A DNA stretch of 64,000 nucleotides from positions 186,001 to 250,000 of the forward strand of contig JBHGNT010000036.1 in the NCBI GenBank assembly GCA_043228905.1. Reading direction: 5' to 3'. This document shows, piece after piece, positions 59,346 through 64,000 of the stretch (the first letter of the stretch is position 1; each line of letters starts with the position of its first letter). The notes under the pieces are model-generated. The model did no database searches. It was not told where the DNA came from and was given only the letters and a program-made list of their open reading frames with translations. The position numbers and the translations under genes are program-made. Origin of the DNA: Azolla caroliniana (Eukaryota; Plantae; Polypodiophyta).

Positions 59346-62300
59346 TGTATACAGAAATGTATAAAAAGCCTTACGCATTTCATGAATCCATTACAACCGA
59401 AGATCAATGCCATTGCCATCAAATAGTAATGATTTGTCCAAAATATGGGATGACTTCTTTTTTTTTTTCACATCACAACACTTTGCTTGCACTCGAGATT
59501 TCACATGTACAAAAAATGATTTTGAAGTCGAATTGTAAAGAACCATATCTTTTCATGGAGTTTGGTTCTATTTTTTTTCATTAAAAACATTGGGTTGGAA
59601 AGCTTTAAGGTGAGGTAAATATTGAACTGTAAAAAAGTTTCCAATATTCCTTATCAATTTGACAACACTTGGGAGGCTAAAAGCAAACATCATCAGTTGC
59701 TTCTTGGAAGTTTTTAAACCTCTGGTTTTTACTTGTTTGCAAACTTTTACCTTTTCATATTTTGCTTCGACGTATCTTTATGAGCACCAGGAATGATTGT
59801 TTGAGATAATTCCTGTGCACAAATACATAACATGAAGATTTGCAAGGTGACTCTTAGGAGATATTTTTTTATGGATTTATCAAATGTGCATTAGAGTTAG
59901 TATCGAATATACATCCAAGAGATCTATGCATTAAATTGCAGATCATGTAGCCATTTAGCATACAAAGTGTAAGTGCGTGTGTGGGCACACACCTGTGCCT
60001 GGGCCTTGGAGTTGCCAGTTTCCACCAATGATTGAGCTTGATTAATGCTTGCAATAAAAAACCAATGATGCAATGAATTACAATGGTTAGAAATATACAG
60101 GAATAGGCCTTTTTACTAGATCAACTATCTTCGATAAAATAGACTCAAACTTGAGCAGCACTTTCTTGTTGTTGATCGAGTAATCGCATGAGATGTACAA
60201 AATAAGGTTTTATAGTAGGATCAATAAATCTTTAATGGAATAGCCTCAGACTTGATGAGCGATTTCTTGTTAGCTTTGCCCATTGTGACCTTTAAGGACC
60301 ACCAGAGCATAGGAGTGGAAAAGCCAATATACCCCACAATCACAAAAGCCCTCAATATCCCATTCTTGTAGTAAGGTGAAGCCATTACGAATAATAAACT
60401 CCCAAAAATCAAGAGCCATGGAGTTACTAACGGAAAAAAGTGCAAGTCCAAAGCATATGATGTAGCCATAAGAAGAGACAAGGACCCAAAAAGACTAAGG
60501 CCCCACCTCATCAATGGATGTGTTGTTATTGGAACCATTAGAGATGGCATCAAAAAGCTGACCAAAATGCAACTAGGCACCATCACCTTCGATTTAAGCA
60601 TTCCTACATAACTAGAACCATAGCTTGTCCAAACCATCTTCTTGTGTATGGAAAAAGATCAGCCATAAAGAATTGCTCCTCAGGTCGCATGCATCGCATC
60701 ATCACGACCACGGCCACCAATAATGTTGCATACATTGCTGCCTGTATGTAAAGAACCAGAGCTTCCTCGGTGTATCTGTTGTCAAAACCACACAATGAGG
60801 GTCATGGTTAGTGGGGCATCGAAATTTGAATGGTCCTTTGTAAAAAAAAGGGCCTCACTCTATAAAGCTATAGGTTGGGAAGAAGCATACAAATAAACAT
60901 ACACTGATAGAGTCAGTTAAGCCAAAGATAGGCTAATAATAAGTTCATGGACAGTCATTTGGTGTGGAAATTGCACAAGGCTTAGGTGTATAATCAATAC
61001 TCATGATCTGTTCTGCACAACTTGCAATTGGCATCTATTCTTTTCTAGTATAGTTTATCTATTGCATCAAAAGTTCCGTGCTGACTGCAAGCATATGTCA
61101 TGAGATACTATTCAGCCTATGACTTAATTGCAATCCAGACCCTACAGGTGAAAAAAAGGTTGTCTACAACGCTAATAAGAACTCTATATTTAGCTTATAT
61201 TGATCTCACCTACCTGCAATTGGAAATCAACCCCCATCCATTAAGAAGAAAACAACACAAAGCAAATCTGTATGAGAAAGAAAGAATGATGTTGTGTTTA
61301 CCCAATAGTAGATGCCCTCATGTCATGCCAAGCTAGGCCCAAAGGCAAAATAGGCCAAGACCACCAGTACCAAGGCTTAAGTTACAATAATATGAGGCGT
61401 CGTATTTGATAAAACAGGTGATCGATAATTTCCAACAACTAAAACCTCATACAACTAAAATCAATCATTTTCAACAACTAAAACCTCATACAACATGACC
61501 AAAATCAATCACTTTCAATCATAAAAATCTCATAGTGTTGTGTGAAATTCTTAGAGAAAGAGAGAGGGTCTTGCCTTCAGAACAAAAAAGGCCAGTATGG
61601 AATATGCTCTCATTCATTCCTGATGATGGCTCTTGTGCTTCTGTAACTCCCTGCACGTCTGAACCTATGGTGAGCAAGAAGGAGGAGGAGGAGGAAAAGA
61701 AGAAGACCATGATCAAGATTGCTTCTCTTCTTCTTCTTCTTCTTCTTCTTCTTCTTCCTCCTCCTCCTCCTCCCCAATTCCTCACCTGTTGCTTCATCTC
61801 ATGAGAATGCAAGAGCTTCCATGACCAGAGCATCATGTATATGGCGCTGGCCTTTTTCTGGGTATAAAAGGCCTTTGGTTCTCTATATGTACATACTCTC
61901 TCTGTCTCTCCATCTATCTCTCTTGGTGGTCTTTGACTTTATGACTCTTTTTTACCTTGGTACATGTATGTCCCTATGTGTTTATATGTATATGGATGTG
62001 TATGTGTATGTGTATGTGTAAGTATTAAGGTCAAAGCCAACCCTAATTGTTCAAATAGCAACCAATGCACATTGTTGAGTGATAAGGTGGTTTTTCATGC
62101 TTGCTACGAAGAGGGTTGCTTTCTTGAAAAAAACAATTGTGATTCTCAAACCATGTTGTATCAAAAGCTCTTTTAGATATGCACAAGAAGACCCTTACAT
62201 GGAGTTTGCCTTTGTGTTTCATCGTAAACATGCCATCATAATGATCATGACCAAAGTTGTGTGATTAGTGAGTTTCAAACTGATGGTGGCATCACTCTCT

Positions 62301-64000
62301 TCTTACAACAATCTACCTTAATCGTTGAGCTCTTTGTGGCAATGTGGTTTTCTTCTACCACAACATAGGCTGAATATCGAAGAATGATAGCAGCTTTCCT
62401 CTTGTAAAGCTCGGGTTCCTTAATGGAACAAATCATTGTGAGAGCTTGTCCATGCACATTTCAACCATTTCTTGCTCATCGACCCACATATTGATGAAGG
62501 CAAGAGCATCATCACACACAGACTAAAACTTTGGGGTGTAGTCATAGATGGACACAACTTTTTTTCAATAATATTTAACTCCTACGAGAGTTGAAGTGTG
62601 TTGTTCAATGGCCAAGACAACCTTTAGATTTTCCTTTGTTCCCTTAGGTGTCATCACATTGGATGGAGGGTGAAGTTTTGATCATAGTGGTAGAGAGGGT
62701 TGGAACAAGTGAGGACACTGCATCTCTCGCAAGGATGGTACAATCGGGAATTTGATTGTATGGTATGAGAGGGGATGATCATATTGGAGGCAATAGGCAT
62801 TTAATATAGACAAGGAAATGTCTTGCACCAGCACCACAACTTCACAAAAACTTTTTAGGTTTCTAGAGAACATGGTGATAAGTCGTGTATCAACCGTTGC
62901 TTCAAAGTCTTGTTGATACGAGGGTAGCATGGTGATCAAAAGATCAATCATTTGTCTCCTTGTGTGGCATATATTGACATAGATAATGATGCCCCAAGTA
63001 GTGTAGTTGTGACTTAGAATATAAAGATTCAAAGTAATCTTTCAATGCATAGTTGGGTATTTCAAGATCATTATTGACAAAGTTGGTCATGACCTTAGCA
63101 TTTTGATTTTCATAGGATTATTGTCATGAGGGTGGGGGGAAATTGGCTAGTTTAAGTGACCTTTAAAGAAGATCCATTGTGCATTAAGGGAATCTAACTA
63201 GGGACATTGTTGGGAGAGGGCATAGAATGCAAGTTCCATGCAAATATGTAGTTGTGTAGTGAACGACTTTCAAAAGCATGTGTCATTGAAGAAAAGGAAC
63301 ACAATGGGGATTGCATGCTAGACAGTTCTTAAATCAAATTACCCACATCATTGAAACATCTTATTGTGTCATGCGGGGACAAATGTTGATCATACCCACA
63401 CTTTTCCATTGTAGAGTGTTGGGTATATGGCTAGGACAATTTGTTGCTCAATGCCAATCTCCAGGTGGAGATTATATATTCTCAATCATCTATTAATGTA
63501 CCGCAACCTTTGTATGAATCCACCGTGGGAACCATTGGCCCATCATTATGGGAAGACACTCCCTTGGTGTGATCAAAGTCTTTTGAGACTAAGAGTTGTC
63601 ATAAGTCTTGCCACCATACCTTGTTCCGTTCATCATTTTGGAAATGCATAGGGTATCAAAAGAATGGCAAGTTGTCAAAGAATAACTTTTTTTTTTTACG
63701 AGGGTTATATAATGCATGGTTAGGATTTGTAATTACCATAGTTTAATGATAATCTTTCTTAATCAATCGATTCTCATATTTCACCTTCAGCTAGAGTGCT
63801 CACACATCCCTAATCACAATTCTTCACTTCATTTTCTCTAAGTTCATCAAATTTCTCGTTTTAAGCAAGAGTTCTTTCTTAGTCCTTCAAAAAAGCATCA
63901 GGTCCAAGACTAATAAAATGATAGTTTTGTTTTTTCCAAAAAATATAAAATGGTAGTTAGTTATCTGAGCATCTGACTAAGAAATAAAAATGTAGAGAGA

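Noticed and set aside
58700-64000. Possible minus-strand spliced gene or decayed transposon (splice-like sites at about 59070, 60775, 61213 and 61786; hydrophobic ORFs 60221-60795; ORF 62275-62457)
   Set aside because: No consistent reading frame or recognisable domain could be assembled by eye. It needs RNA-seq or a homology search.

Overview
Nuclear DNA of a land plant, most likely a fern or another seed-free vascular plant. This is inferred from a heavily 'unedited' mitochondrial nad4L insert, a long PLS-PPR gene and RTEX-like LINEs. About two thirds of the window is nested transposons. (1) A Mutator-like foldback element is interrupted by a Ty1/copia element (84-12756), which is itself interrupted by a minus-strand Ty3/gypsy element (2485-9387). 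(2) An intact two-ORF RTEX-like LINE and a truncated sister copy sit in a (CT)n tract (about 32820-39198). (3) A copia cluster (39758-49110) contains a younger full-length relative of element 1 (42804-48424). (4) A decayed L1 LINE (about 51420-55830) carries a mitochondrial insert (nad4L plus a trnR fragment). Host genes are an 11-exon dihydrofolate synthetase (18344-23757), an intronless PLS-E PPR gene of about 31 motifs (27279-30893), a tRNA 2'-phosphotransferase pseudogene and the 5' exons of an uncharacterised gene. The most interesting signals are a tRNA-derived Pol III cassette built into both gypsy LTRs plus a convergent tRNA-like pair next to the LINE, a -1 frameshift pseudoknot placed after the protease in the gypsy element, a conserved in-frame Pol extension between two polypurine tracts in the copia family, probable (CT)n targeting by the LINE, and an upstream module of about 600 bp shared by DHFS and the PPR gene. 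All calls were made by eye, with no database searches.
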